DNA of 64,000 nt from an uncultured Chloroflexales bacterium (GCA_937902315.1 CALGUG010000019.1:8426-72425); one strand, 5' to 3'; positions 45,819 through 56,276 are shown, counted from the stretch's first letter. Notes: generated by a model from the letters alone, not told the origin. A program made the numbers and translations.

Positions 45819-48800
45819 TTACTTCTTCTTGCCGCGCCCCACTGGCTCGGCGCTCTTGGGTGCAGGTGCAGCGCGACCCCGTGGCACGGCCCGACCGCGT
45901 CCAACCGGGCTGGTAGCAGGGCTGGTTTCGCTACCATTGGCCTTCTTAATGGCTTCGGCAACTTGGGCCACATTGTTGTTGGCCTGCGAGCTGCTGCGAC
46001 CAGTGGCCAGTTGGGCCGAGACGCTTGCGGGTGCTGGTTGGGCTGTCGCACCGGCCTGAATGAGATGCATGATCTCGGATTCGCGACCAAGGTGGCACTG
46101 TTTGAACTTGCGCCCGCTGCCACAAGGGCAGGGATCGTTGCGGCCCGGCATCTGCACGGTGCGGCGGATCGGCTTGGCGGCCTTGGCGGCCTCTTCGGTG
46201 TCGCCCACGCGCTGAGCGCTCGCCAGACGGGCTTCTTGCTCCATCTTGATCTGGCGCAGATACTGTTCGTACTGGAACGAGGCCGGAATGATGTTGTAGA
46301 CGATGTCGTGCGTGATGTTGGCCTTGAGTTCGTCGAACATATCGAAGGACTTGCGCTTGAATTCGACCAGCGGGTCGCGCTGAGCGAAGGCCTGCAAGCT
46401 GATCGATTGGCGCAGATCGTCCATTGCGGTCAGGTAATCGACCCATTGGCGATCGATCGCGCCCAACATCATGCGGCGCTCGACGAAACGCATCTGTTCG
46501 GAGCCAATGGCCTCTTCGCGCTTGGCATAGGCGGCCTCGATCTCATCGACCAGCATGCTTTCGATCTCATCGCGGGTCAACTCAGCCAGCTTGTCGGCTG
46601 TGAAGTCCGAGCCGAGCAAGGGGTTGATATTCTTGATGGCGCGCAGCAGGGCCTCGAAGTCCCAGAGTTCGCGGTCATCGGCTGGCAGATGTTCATCGAC
46701 CAATGAGGCGATCTCTTCGCCGATCATCTGCAAGACTTCGTCGTGCATGTCTTTGCCGCTCAAAATAGCGCGGCGGTCAGAGTAGATGATCTGACGCTGT
46801 TTGTTGACCACATCGTCGAATTCGACGGTGTGTTTACGCACGTCGAAGTTAAAGCCTTCAACGCGGGTTTGCGCGCCTTCGATCGACTTATTGATGATGC
46901 CGGCCTGAATCGGCATGTCATCTTCAACGCCGAGACGCTCCATAATGCCCTTAATGCGCTCCATAGGACCGAAGCGGCGCATTAGGTCATCTTCAAGGCT
47001 CATAAAGAAGCGTGACGAACCCGGGTCTCCTTGGCGTCCGGCGCGACCACGCAGCTGGTTGTCGATACGGCGAGCCTCGTGGCGCTCGGTACCGATGATG
47101 TGCAGACCACCGAGAGCGACCACTTCTTCGCGCTCTTTACTGGTGATCTCTTCAGCTTCCTGCTTGGCCGCAGCTAGTTCTTCAGGCGTTGCCTTTTCGA
47201 AGGCGATGCCTTTGTTGTGGAGAATATCTTCGATCAGACCGTCGGGGTTACCGCCCAAAAGGATGTCGGTACCACGACCAGCCATGTTGGTGGCGATAGT
47301 GACGGCACCTTTGCGACCGGCTTGGGCGACGATGGCCGCCTCACGTTCGTGATGCTTGGCGTTCAAGACGTTATGTTTGATGCCGTTGCGTCGCAGCAGT
47401 TCGCTGAGGCGTTCCGAGGTTTCGACCGAGGTTGTACCGACCAGTACCGGGCGGCCGGTCTCGTGAATCTCTTTAAGCTCTTTTAACACGGCGTTGAACT
47501 TGGCCTGCTCAGTTCGATAGATCTGATCGGGCAAGTCTTGGCGCTGCATGGGGCGGTTGGTGGGCACCACCACAACATCGAGGTTGTAGATTTTGCCCAA
47601 CTCTTCGCGCTCGGTCCAAGCTGTACCGGTCATACCAGCCAGCTTGCGATACATACGGAAGTAATTCTGGAAGGTGATGGTTGCCAGCGTTACGTTCTCG
47701 TTTTTAATCTTGACGCGCGGGTTGAGTAAGCTCTCTTTGGCCTCTACAGCCTGATGCAAACCATCGCTCCAGCGACGGCCCGGCATTTTACGTCCGGTGA
47801 ATTCGTCGACGATCACGATCTCGCCATCGGGCTCTACCACGTAGTCGCGGTCGCGATGGTAGATGAATTGAGCCTTGAGGGCGTTGTCGACGAAGTGAGT
47901 CAACTCGAAATACTTCGGGTCGTAGAGGCTCTCATCTTCGGGGATGCCTAGCAAGCGCTCAACTTTTTCGATACCTTGATCGGTGAGCGAGATGCTCTTC
48001 GAGCGCTCGTCGATCCAGAAGTCGCCATCGTATTCGGCGCCCTCTTTGACCTCTTTTTGAGACACTGTGCTCGGTTTGAGGTTGGGAGCGATTCGCGCCA
48101 CACGGCGATATTCATCGCTCGATTTGTTCGAGGGGCCGGAGATAATCAGCGGTGTACGCGCTTCGTCGATCAAGATGTTGTCGACCTCGTCGACGATCGC
48201 GAAGTAGAGTTCGCGCTGGACCATCTGATCGAGCTCGACCGCCATATTGTCGCGCAGGTAGTCGAAGCCGAATTCGTTGTTGGTACCGTAGGTGATGTCG
48301 CAATAGTAAGCTTCGCGGCGGGTACACGGTCGCCAGTGTACCAAACGCTGATCTTCTTGGTTGGCGTTGGGGTCGACGAAGTCGGGATCGTAGATAGCGC
48401 TATAGTCGTGAGCAATAAAGCCGACGCTGAGGCCGAGGAAGTGGTAGATCTGGCCCATCCAGCCAGCACCAACTTTAGCCAAATAGTCGTTGACAGTTAC
48501 CAAGTGGGCGCCACGTCCGGCCAAGGCATTAAGGTACAGCGGCAAGCTCGCTGTCAAGGTTTTACCTTCACCGGTTTTCATTTCGGCGATCTTGCCTTGG
48601 TGCAAGACGACACCACCGATCAGCTGTACGTCGAAGTGACGCTGGCCGATCGTGCGTTTGGCAGCTTCTCGAACAACAGCAAAGGCTTCGGGCAGAATAG
48701 CGTCAAGTTCTTCTTGAGTAATTTCGTCGCGTTCGCGTTCGAGTTTCTGCAAGACGTCGTCAAGCGAACGACGTTTATCAAGATCTCGTTCTGCGAGATA

Positions 48801-49010
48801 GTTCTTGCGAACGGTTTCGATCTCTTGATTAATATCGGCTACGGCGTCTTGAATCTTTTCGCGGAACTTGGTGGTGTGCGCGCGTAGTTCTTCGTCAGAA
48901 AGTGCAGAAAAACTATTTTCTAAACTATTGATTTTCTGTATGAACGGCTGAATCTGGCGTACGGCTTTGTCGCCTGTATCAGTCAGAAGGTTTCGCAGCC
49001 AGTTAAACAT
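45819..49010 (-). CDS. secA: preprotein translocase ATPase SecA with ~95-aa basic low-complexity C-terminal extension after the zinc-binding motif
   Basis: Full SecA motor domains. CPCGSGRKFKQCH zinc finger, then GRESEIMHLIQ…PVGRGKKK. ATG 49010 (MFNWLRNLL) has a GAAGGG RBS; the track's 12-aa extension is unlikely. Confidence 0.9.
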   Translation of the reverse strand: MFNWLRNLLTDTGDKAVRQIQPFIQKINSLENSFSALSDEELRAHTTKFREKIQDAVADINQEIETVRKNYLAERDLDKRRSLDDVLQKLERERDEITQEELDAILPEAFAVVREAAKRTIGQRHFDVQLIGGVVLHQGKIAEMKTGEGKTLTASLPLYLNALAGRGAHLVTVNDYLAKVGAGWMGQIYHFLGLSVGFIAHDYSAIYDPDFVDPNANQEDQRLVHWRPCTRREAYYCDITYGTNNEFGFDYLRDNMAVELDQMVQRELYFAIVDEVDNILIDEARTPLIISGPSNKSSDEYRRVARIAPNLKPSTVSQKEVKEGAEYDGDFWIDERSKSISLTDQGIEKVERLLGIPEDESLYDPKYFELTHFVDNALKAQFIYHRDRDYVVEPDGEIVIVDEFTGRKMPGRRWSDGLHQAVEAKESLLNPRVKIKNENVTLATITFQNYFRMYRKLAGMTGTAWTEREELGKIYNLDVVVVPTNRPMQRQDLPDQIYRTEQAKFNAVLKELKEIHETGRPVLVGTTSVETSERLSELLRRNGIKHNVLNAKHHEREAAIVAQAGRKGAVTIATNMAGRGTDILLGGNPDGLIEDILHNKGIAFEKATPEELAAAKQEAEEITSKEREEVVALGGLHIIGTERHEARRIDNQLRGRAGRQGDPGSSRFFMSLEDDLMRRFGPMERIKGIMERLGVEDDMPIQAGIINKSIEGAQTRVEGFNFDVRKHTVEFDDVVNKQRQIIYSDRRAILSGKDMHDEVLQMIGEEIASLVDEHLPADDRELWDFEALLRAIKNINPLLGSDFTADKLAELTRDEIESMLVDEIEAAYAKREEAIGSEQMRFVERRMMLGAIDRQWVDYLTAMDDLRQSISLQAFAQRDPLVEFKRKSFDMFDELKANITHDIVYNIIPASFQYEQYLRQIKMEQEARLASAQRVGDTEEAAKAAKPIRRTVQMPGRNDPCPCGSGRKFKQCHLGRESEIMHLIQAGATAQPAPASVSAQLATGRSSSQANNNVAQVAEAIKKANGSETSPATSPVGRGRAVPRGRAAPAPKSAEPVGRGKKK

Positions 49011-49145
49011 AAGATACCCTTCTTGTGCCATTATTGAATGACACACGCACTAAACCCTCTAAGGGCAAACACTTGCTTCATTATACAGACGCAGGGAAGC
49101 GGACGCAAGCCGCAGTGCGCCCGCTTTTGGCTGGATCTGCGTTTT

Positions 49146-50492
49146 TTATGCCAAGTCTACAAAATATGAACGACAGGCTGCCGCGAGAAGTTCCCTTGAC
49201 ATAATCGGTTTGGTGCGCGTGAAGCGAGCGATGTCGGTGAGCTGTTCGATCAGGTCGCGCGGGTGAACAGCGCGCAGTTCCAGTCCACGTTTGGGATACT
49301 CTTCGGTAAGCAGATAGCGCAAGCCGTCGTCGCTATAGGTGACTTGGCGACTGGCACAGATGCGACGCATGATTTCGCGGTATTCGGCCGGACTTGGGTT
49401 AGGAATCTCGATTTTATAGCGAATTCGGCGTAGGAATGCTTCGTCGACTAGCTCTTTTGGATCGAGGTTGGTCGAGAAGATGATGAGTTGATCGAAGGGA
49501 ATCTCGATCTTTTTACCTGTGTGAAGGGTCAAGAAATCGGAACGTTTTTCGAGGGGTACGATCCAACGGTTGAGCAGGGCCTGCGGGCTAATCATCTGGC
49601 GGCCAAAGTCGTCGATTAAGAAGATACCGCCGTTGGCTTTCATCTGTAGGGGAGCTTCGTAAAATTTGCTGGTCGGTTCAAATACCAAGTCGAGCGAAGC
49701 CATGTTTAGCTCGCCACCAGCGATTACGATTGGACGTTTGGTCAGCACCCAGCGTTGATCGATAGCGTAACTCTCTTCCTTCGAGATCGGGATCTCGGTG
49801 TGGTAGACCGCATCGAAGACCTTGATCACCTGACCGTCGACGACCACGGCATGTGGCAGGGCGATCGAGTCCGAGAGCATGCGTGTGATCGCTTCGGCGA
49901 TCACGGTCTTTCCATTACCAGCATGCCCATAGAGGAAGACTGAGCGCCCCGAGTTGATGGCCGGGCCAAGCTGCATCAAGAGCTGATCGTTGATCACCAG
50001 ATGGCTGAAGGCTTTGCGGATCTGCTCTTCGTCTACCAAGAGGCCCTGTAAGCTTTGGCGCTTCATCATGGCGGTGTAGGCTTGCAGCGTGACAGGCGCT
50101 GGCCCAAGGTATTGGCTGCGTTCGCCCAGCTCTTTGGCGCGCTCGATCCCTTTGCTGGTTACTTGGTAACGGTAGGCTCGTTCGCCAATGCCGCCGCTGC
50201 CTTTGATCTCGATCATCTGCTCTTTGCGCAGATAGCTGATGGCTTGGTCGAGCACTCCTTCAAGTGGAAGGCGAAGCTGGTCGCTGATGCCTTGACCTGT
50301 GAGTTCGCCGATGATATAGAGACTGCGCAGTACCAGATCTGCAATATAGGAGAGGGTAAGGCCCGTTTGTTCAACGTTCAATGGACGACGGGGTAATTTT
50401 GGCTCTACAGACTGCTCATTATCACTCAGAGTCACAGTAGGGAGTGGCATTGAGGCTTCTCCTGCTAGAGTATCGTGGGTTGGCTCGTTCAT
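49146..50492 (-). CDS. AAA+ P-loop ATPase with N-terminal winged-helix-like domain, function unknown
   Basis: Walker A LYGHAGNGKT, Walker B IFLIDDFG, sensor-1 IIFSTN, Arg-rich box FLRRIRYK. ATG at 50492; the track's upstream GTG is unlikely. Confidence 0.5.
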   Translation of the reverse strand: MNEPTHDTLAGEASMPLPTVTLSDNEQSVEPKLPRRPLNVEQTGLTLSYIADLVLRSLYIIGELTGQGISDQLRLPLEGVLDQAISYLRKEQMIEIKGSGGIGERAYRYQVTSKGIERAKELGERSQYLGPAPVTLQAYTAMMKRQSLQGLLVDEEQIRKAFSHLVINDQLLMQLGPAINSGRSVFLYGHAGNGKTVIAEAITRMLSDSIALPHAVVVDGQVIKVFDAVYHTEIPISKEESYAIDQRWVLTKRPIVIAGGELNMASLDLVFEPTSKFYEAPLQMKANGGIFLIDDFGRQMISPQALLNRWIVPLEKRSDFLTLHTGKKIEIPFDQLIIFSTNLDPKELVDEAFLRRIRYKIEIPNPSPAEYREIMRRICASRQVTYSDDGLRYLLTEEYPKRGLELRAVHPRDLIEQLTDIARFTRTKPIMSRELLAAACRSYFVDLA

Positions 50493-50549
50493 ATAGACCA
50501 CAGCTTTCTATGCTAACCAATGCTTTAGGAAGAGCGATCTGTGGTCTAT
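50493..50549. promoter_or_regulatory. 11-bp perfect inverted repeat ATAGACCACAG/CTGTGGTCTAT with 35-bp spacer, abutting the ATPase start codon
   Basis: On the mRNA the 3' arm ends at the base before the ATG. Could be a 5'-UTR hairpin or a protein-binding palindrome. Confidence 0.3.
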
Positions 50550-51104
50550 GAAGCAAGTTATATGCACAGAATTCGCTGTTGCTTTGGGTGTTCGACCATT
50601 TCCAAGGCAGCAGAGGAAGATGCAGCTGCTTGTCGTAAGCTGAGGCTCGGATGTTTGTGACAAGCGAACTGGGTGATAGGAGATAGAACCTTGGGGAGTG
50701 TCTCGTATACTGCCATACTGGCACTACGAGTATAGCATATTGCCCTTTTAGTCGGCAAGATCTTGCTATTTTTCGCTTAGGGGTTTCTTGACAAAACACC
50801 ACTGGTGTAGTACGCTGTTTTGCAGAAGTACGGGATGATTTCTCAATACAGATTATTCTGATAATCGTAGTAATACCCGGGTTTTTTTGGGTATGCGAGA
50901 AGTATCCTTTTGCAGTTGTCTTCTCCTTCTCGACCTAATCCTTACGTTCGTCTGAACATCAACATCAATCCTTGGCCTAACACGAACAATTCTATACTGG
51001 CTCGCCTAAGGGGGCATTGCCAAGTAGTTTATACGTGCAATTTATGACGATCATTGTAGCGTGGCTGAGGTTGTTTTGTCATTTGCAGCGAAAGGAGTGC
51101 GATT

Positions 51105-52040
51105 TTGAAAGTCGCAGGTACGTATACATTTTCAGCCTCGCGCGAAGAGGTTTGGGCTGCCATTAACGATCCTGAGGTGCTTGCACGGGCTATTCCTGGC
51201 TGTCAGCGCCTTGATCAAGTTGGCGAGCATGAGTTTGAAAGCACCTTGAAAGTTGGTTTGCAAGCGGTCAAGGGTGTCTACAGTGGCCGTGTAACTCTTT
51301 CGAATCATCAAGTGCCTAGCCATTATGAGATCTTGATCGATGGCAAAGGCTCCAATGGCTTTTTGAAAGGCACCGGAGCGATCGATTTGGAAGAAGCTGG
51401 TGAGGACAAAACCCTTTTGAAATATAAGGGTGAGGCTCAGGTTGGCGGCACAATCGCCAGCGTTGGTCAGCGCTTGCTCGACGGCGCTGCCAAGACCTTG
51501 ATCAATCAAAGCCTAAAGGCGCTCGCTCAACAGATCGAGTTGCGCAAGCAGGGTGGCCAAGCCAGCGCAGAGGGCGCCAGCGCTCAGGCCGATGCGGTGC
51601 CTGCTGCCGCTAAGGAAGCTGCGGCTCCGGGGGCTGCCAAAGAGCCTGCTGCCCCCAATGCAACTACTACAACGTTGAGCGCTACTTCCCCATCGGCTAG
51701 CGCGTCTGAGACGCAGGTTTCGAGCAATTCGAGCACGCCTAGCCCCGACGCGGGTGAAGGAAACGCGCCTACCACCTTTGAGACTGTTACCGAGCCAGCT
51801 GCCCAAGATGCTAAAAAAGGTGTCGCCTCTGCGACCGCTGAGGCTGCTGCAACTATCGCTCCGGAGGCGTCGAAAGCAGGCTTCCAGCCTCGTTCTATCG
51901 TTGTGCCTGAGGGCGAGCAGCTTTCCGAAACTTCGCTTATTCAAGGTATGATCAGCGATTTCGTTAAGGATCGCCCTTGGGTTGCGTGGGTTGTGATCGC
52001 ATTCCTGCTTGGCATCTTGTGGGGACGCCGCAAGGGCTAA
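51105..52040 (+). CDS. coxG: SRPBCC/CoxG-family protein with Ala/Pro/Ser-rich linker and C-terminal TM anchor
   Basis: N-terminal ~150 aa CoxG-like (MKVAGTYTFSASREEVWAAINDPEVLARAIPGC). Low-complexity linker, then hydrophobic C-terminus WVAWVVIAFLLGILWG. TTG start with AAAGGAG RBS. Confidence 0.65.
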   Translation: MKVAGTYTFSASREEVWAAINDPEVLARAIPGCQRLDQVGEHEFESTLKVGLQAVKGVYSGRVTLSNHQVPSHYEILIDGKGSNGFLKGTGAIDLEEAGEDKTLLKYKGEAQVGGTIASVGQRLLDGAAKTLINQSLKALAQQIELRKQGGQASAEGASAQADAVPAAAKEAAAPGAAKEPAAPNATTTTLSATSPSASASETQVSSNSSTPSPDAGEGNAPTTFETVTEPAAQDAKKGVASATAEAAATIAPEASKAGFQPRSIVVPEGEQLSETSLIQGMISDFVKDRPWVAWVVIAFLLGILWGRRKG

Positions 52041-52186
52041 GCGTGGTTATATACCGTTAAACTGAACGCGTTGTTGCGTAACTTCCGAGATGAGGCATCG
52101 TTTTCAAGTGAATCAACATTGGGAGCGATGCCTCTTATCTTTCATCTTTTGTATACCGTGCAGTTCAGTAAGAGGAGGTTGTACCG

Positions 52187-52708
52187 GTGACAAAGATTAC
52201 TGTCAAAGTTAATGGAAAAGAGTACACCAGCGAGGTCGAAGGACGCACCCTTTTGGTCCATTTTTTACGCGATCAGTTAGGGCTTACCGGTACGCATATC
52301 GGTTGTGATACTAGCCAGTGTGGCGCTTGTGTTGTGGTCATGAACGGTGACAGCGTCAAGTCTTGTACGGTGCTGGCTGTTCAGGCCAACGGAGCTGAGA
52401 TCAAGACGGTTGAAGGTCTGGCCGAAGATGGCAAGCTTCACCCCTTGCAGGAAGGCTTCTGGGAGCGACACGGCTTGCAGTGTGGCTTCTGCACCCCGGG
52501 TATGCTGATGTCGGCATACGATCTGTTGCAGAAAAACCCCAACCCGAGCGAAGAGGAGATCCGCCACGGTCTAGAAGGCAACCTCTGCCGCTGTACGGGT
52601 TATGAGAATATCGTGCGTGCTGTTCAGTACGCTGCTGCCAAGATGCGTAACGAAGAGCCTGCTCCGATCGGCGCTAAAGAGCAGGTTGTGGAGTCGGTAG
52701 GATCGTAA
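52187..52708 (+). CDS. coxS: (2Fe-2S)-binding small subunit of xanthine dehydrogenase/CO dehydrogenase family molybdoenzyme
   Basis: Plant-type ferredoxin CDTSQCGAC and second CGFCTPG cluster motifs. GTG start with AGAGGAGG RBS. Confidence 0.85.
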   Translation: MTKITVKVNGKEYTSEVEGRTLLVHFLRDQLGLTGTHIGCDTSQCGACVVVMNGDSVKSCTVLAVQANGAEIKTVEGLAEDGKLHPLQEGFWERHGLQCGFCTPGMLMSAYDLLQKNPNPSEEEIRHGLEGNLCRCTGYENIVRAVQYAAAKMRNEEPAPIGAKEQVVESVGS

Positions 52709-52800
52709 ACAAACAAACCTGGCCCGCTCGTTTCTGATGGTGGTGGAACCGTTGCGTTTTGTTGTGTCACGAACCCAATGCATCTAGGGAGGAAGTAACA

Positions 52801-55182
52801 ATGTCTGTTGCGCCAACAAAGATGTTTGGTGCCGCTATTAAACGGCGCGAAGATCCGCAGCTGATTACAGGTCAGGGCAATTATCTCGACGATATTAAAT
52901 TGCCAGGAATGGTGCATGCCGCTGTTTTGCGCAGTCCCTACGGTCATGCCAAAATCCTCAAGATCGATACAAGTCGCGCCCAAGCGGCCCCTGGTGTGGT
53001 AGCAGTGTTCACCGGCGCAGATATGATGGATATCAATCCTTTGCCCTGCGCTTGGACAGCTGCTTCGGGTCGAGTTCAGAACAACATCAACACCCCACGA
53101 GCCCTTGCTGTTGATGTGGTGCGTTTTGTCGGTGATCCGGTAGCGCTCGTTTTGGCTGAAGATCGCTATACCGCGCGCGATGCGCTTGAGCTGATCGATG
53201 TCGAATACGAGCCGCTCGATGTTGTTGTTGACGGACGCAAAGCCGTCGAACCGGGTGCCCCTCAACTTCACGAGAACGCACCAAACAATATAGTTTTTGA
53301 GTGGGATTGTGGCGATAAAGCCAAAACCGATGCAGCTTTTGCTGCGGCAGAAGTTGCAGTAAAAGAAGAGATTATCAACCAGCGCCTTTTGCCAACTCCG
53401 ATGGAGACGCGCGGTTCGATCGCTCGCTACGAGCCATCAACTCAAGAGTTTACGGTTTGGATGACTTCTCAAGCTCCACACGTGATGCGCTTGTTGTTGA
53501 CGGCTTTTGTCTTTGGAATCCCCGAATCGAAGCTACGTTGTATCTCGCCCCATGTCGGTGGCGGGTTTGGCCAAAAGATCTTCTGTTACAACGACATGGC
53601 CTTTACAATGTGGGCAGCTCGCAAGATCGGGCGGCCGGTCAAGTTTGTTGAAGATCGCTCCGAAAACTTCAAGTATTCAACCCACGGTCGCGACCATATC
53701 ACCGTAGCCGAGATCTGTGGTACACGTGATGGCAAGATCACGGGCCTGCGCGCCGACACCATCGCCAACCTTGGAGCCTATATCTCGACGATCGCGCCTG
53801 GTATTCCGACCACGCTGTATGGGCGTATTTTGAGCGGTGTGTATAAGATTCCTGCCGCCTACTGTCGAGTGCGCGGCGTCTATACTAATACCGCTATGGT
53901 CGATGCCTACCGTGGCGCAGGACGCCCCGAGGCTTCCTACCTGATCGAGCGCATGATCGACCGTTTCGCTGCGGAAATCGGCATGGACCCCGCCGAAGTG
54001 CGTCGCAAGAACTTTATCCAGCCCGAGGACTTTCCCTACGACAACGGTCTGGGTCTGCTACCCTACGATAGCGGCAACTATGAGCCAGCGCTCGACAAGG
54101 CCCTTGCAACCATCGGCTATAAAGACTTCCGCAAAGAACAGGAAGAAGCGCGCAAGCAAGGCCGTTATCTCGGTGTGGGCATTTCATCCTATGTCGAGAT
54201 CTGTGGCGTAGCTCCGAGCGCTTGGATCGGTCTGCCGGGCGAGGGCTGGGGCGCAGGTTTGTGGGAAAGCGCTAACGTGCGCGTTCACCTCACAGGCCAG
54301 GTTGTCGTGACAACAGGTTCTTTGCCGCACGGCCAAGGTCTTGAAACAACCTTCGCTCAGTTGGTGGCCGACGAGCTTGGTGTACCCTACGAGAATGTCT
54401 TGGTCGAGCACTCCGATACAGCCGGTACACCTTTTGGTTACGGTACCTATGGCAGCCGTAGCGCGGCAGTGGGTGGAACAGCCATTCACAAGAGCGTGAC
54501 CAAGATTAAAGAGAAGGCCAAGAAGCTGGCAGCCCATATGTTGGAGGCCAACCCCGACGATATGGTCTATGAAGACGGCAAGGTCTATGTCAAAGGCTCG
54601 CCGGATCGCTCGAAGACCCTCGCCGAGATCGCCTTGCAGGCTTCGGTGGCGTACAGCTTGCCTGAAGGCATGGAACCCTTCTTGGACGAGACGACCTACT
54701 ACGATCCGCCGAACTGTACCTTCCCCTTTGGCACCCATATCGCCATTGTCGAGGTCGATATCGAAACGGGTCGGGTCGATCTGTTGCGCTATGTCGCCGT
54801 CGACGATTGTGGCCCGCAGATCAACCCCTTGATCGTTCAAGGCCAGATTCATGGCGGTATTACCCAAGGTGTGGCGCAGGCCCTCTACGAACAGGCCGTC
54901 TACGATGAAAACGGTCAATTGTTGAGTGGTACTCTGATGGATTATGCAGTGCCAACCGCTGCACAAGTGCCGCATTATGAGCTCGACCACACCGTCACCC
55001 CCAGTCCGGTCAACCCGATGGGCGTGAAGGGTGCTGGCGAAGCTGGAACGATCGGATCGGCCCAAGCAGTGATGAACGCAATTATCGATGCGTTGTCGCC
55101 TTTTGGGGTGAAGCATATGCAAATGCCAGCCACGCCCGAGCGTGTGTGGCGTGCGATCCACTCGTCCAACAACCATAACTAA
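52801..55182 (+). CDS. coxL: molybdopterin-binding large subunit, form II CoxL-like (xanthine dehydrogenase family)
   Basis: Active-site loop AYRGAGR (form II signature, not the VAYRCSFR of bona fide CO dehydrogenases). GGGAGG RBS before ATG 52801. Confidence 0.8.
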   Translation: MSVAPTKMFGAAIKRREDPQLITGQGNYLDDIKLPGMVHAAVLRSPYGHAKILKIDTSRAQAAPGVVAVFTGADMMDINPLPCAWTAASGRVQNNINTPRALAVDVVRFVGDPVALVLAEDRYTARDALELIDVEYEPLDVVVDGRKAVEPGAPQLHENAPNNIVFEWDCGDKAKTDAAFAAAEVAVKEEIINQRLLPTPMETRGSIARYEPSTQEFTVWMTSQAPHVMRLLLTAFVFGIPESKLRCISPHVGGGFGQKIFCYNDMAFTMWAARKIGRPVKFVEDRSENFKYSTHGRDHITVAEICGTRDGKITGLRADTIANLGAYISTIAPGIPTTLYGRILSGVYKIPAAYCRVRGVYTNTAMVDAYRGAGRPEASYLIERMIDRFAAEIGMDPAEVRRKNFIQPEDFPYDNGLGLLPYDSGNYEPALDKALATIGYKDFRKEQEEARKQGRYLGVGISSYVEICGVAPSAWIGLPGEGWGAGLWESANVRVHLTGQVVVTTGSLPHGQGLETTFAQLVADELGVPYENVLVEHSDTAGTPFGYGTYGSRSAAVGGTAIHKSVTKIKEKAKKLAAHMLEANPDDMVYEDGKVYVKGSPDRSKTLAEIALQASVAYSLPEGMEPFLDETTYYDPPNCTFPFGTHIAIVEVDIETGRVDLLRYVAVDDCGPQINPLIVQGQIHGGITQGVAQALYEQAVYDENGQLLSGTLMDYAVPTAAQVPHYELDHTVTPSPVNPMGVKGAGEAGTIGSAQAVMNAIIDALSPFGVKHMQMPATPERVWRAIHSSNNHN

Positions 55183-55244
55183 TGCAGGCGATATCCATGC
55201 GATTCTACCTTCGCACTGTTTGAAAACCTGTTGAAGGAGCAGAG

Positions 55245-56108
55245 ATGATCCCTAGCGCATTTGAATATTACGCCGCCAACAGCGTTGACGAAGCGCTCAA
55301 ATTGTTGGCGGAACATGGCGATGAAGCAAAAATTCTGGCAGGTGGACATTCGCTATTGCCTGCTATGAAGCTGCGTTTGGCGGCTCCCACCGTCTTGATC
55401 GACATCAACCCGATCGCTGAACTACGCAGCATCAATGTTGGTGATAAGGTCACGATCGGCGCGATGACGACTTACGCTAGCCTGCTCAACTCGGCTGAGC
55501 TAAAAGCTGCTCTGCCGGTGATCGCAGAGGCGGTCGATCAGATCGGTGACCCCCAAGTTCGCAACCGTGGCACGATCGGTGGCGCCTTGGCACACGCCGA
55601 CCCCGCCGCCGACCTGCCTGCTGTGATTTTGGCCTTGGGTGGAACCTTAACCGCTCAAGGGCCGGAAGGCACTCGTGAGATCTCGATCGACGACTTCTTC
55701 GTCGATATGTTGACCACCTCGCTCGAGCCGAACGAGCTTTTGACCACTATCACCTTGCCCAAGATGGGTGCTGGTGAGGGCGCTTCCTATGTCAAAATGG
55801 TTCAGCCCGCCTCGGGTTACGCCATCGTAGGAGCTGCTGCCTGGGTCAAGCTGAACGCTGATGGCACAGTGGCTGCCGCTCGAGTCGCTATCACGGGCGC
55901 AGGGCCGAAGCCGACCCGCCTCGAAGAGGTCGAAAATGCCTTGGTTGGCGGCGCAAGCAGCGAAGAGGCCGTGACCGCAGCTTCGGAAGCGGTCAGCGAC
56001 GAGCTCGAATTGCTGGGCGATATCCACGCTTCGGAAGATTATCGCCGCGCAATGGTGAAGGTCTACACACGCCGCGCTATTCTCAAGGCGATCAAGGCCG
56101 CTTCCTAA
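55245..56108 (+). CDS. coxM: FAD-binding medium subunit (CoxM-like)
   Basis: N-terminal FAD-binding fold (AGGHSLLPAMKLR) and CO-dehydrogenase-flavoprotein C-terminal domain. Confidence 0.85.
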   Translation: MIPSAFEYYAANSVDEALKLLAEHGDEAKILAGGHSLLPAMKLRLAAPTVLIDINPIAELRSINVGDKVTIGAMTTYASLLNSAELKAALPVIAEAVDQIGDPQVRNRGTIGGALAHADPAADLPAVILALGGTLTAQGPEGTREISIDDFFVDMLTTSLEPNELLTTITLPKMGAGEGASYVKMVQPASGYAIVGAAAWVKLNADGTVAAARVAITGAGPKPTRLEEVENALVGGASSEEAVTAASEAVSDELELLGDIHASEDYRRAMVKVYTRRAILKAIKAAS

Positions 56109-56130
56109 GCATCATCCATAAGCGTTGAAC

Positions 56131-56173
56131 AGTTAGGCTTTGGCACGAGTTGCCAGAGCCTAACTTTTTCTTT
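56131..56173 (+). terminator. rho-independent terminator after coxM
   Basis: AGTTAGGCTTTGGCA-cgagt-TGCCAGAGCCTAACT 15-bp stem followed by TTTTTCTTT. Confidence 0.8.
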
Positions 56174-56276
56174 CCCCAAACGCAACAAAATTCTGCTTTA
56201 GAAGGTAGTATAAGAGAATCGGGGTAGTAAACTTGCTATCTCTACCCCAAAGGATTGTTTGAGGGGAGGAATGATA

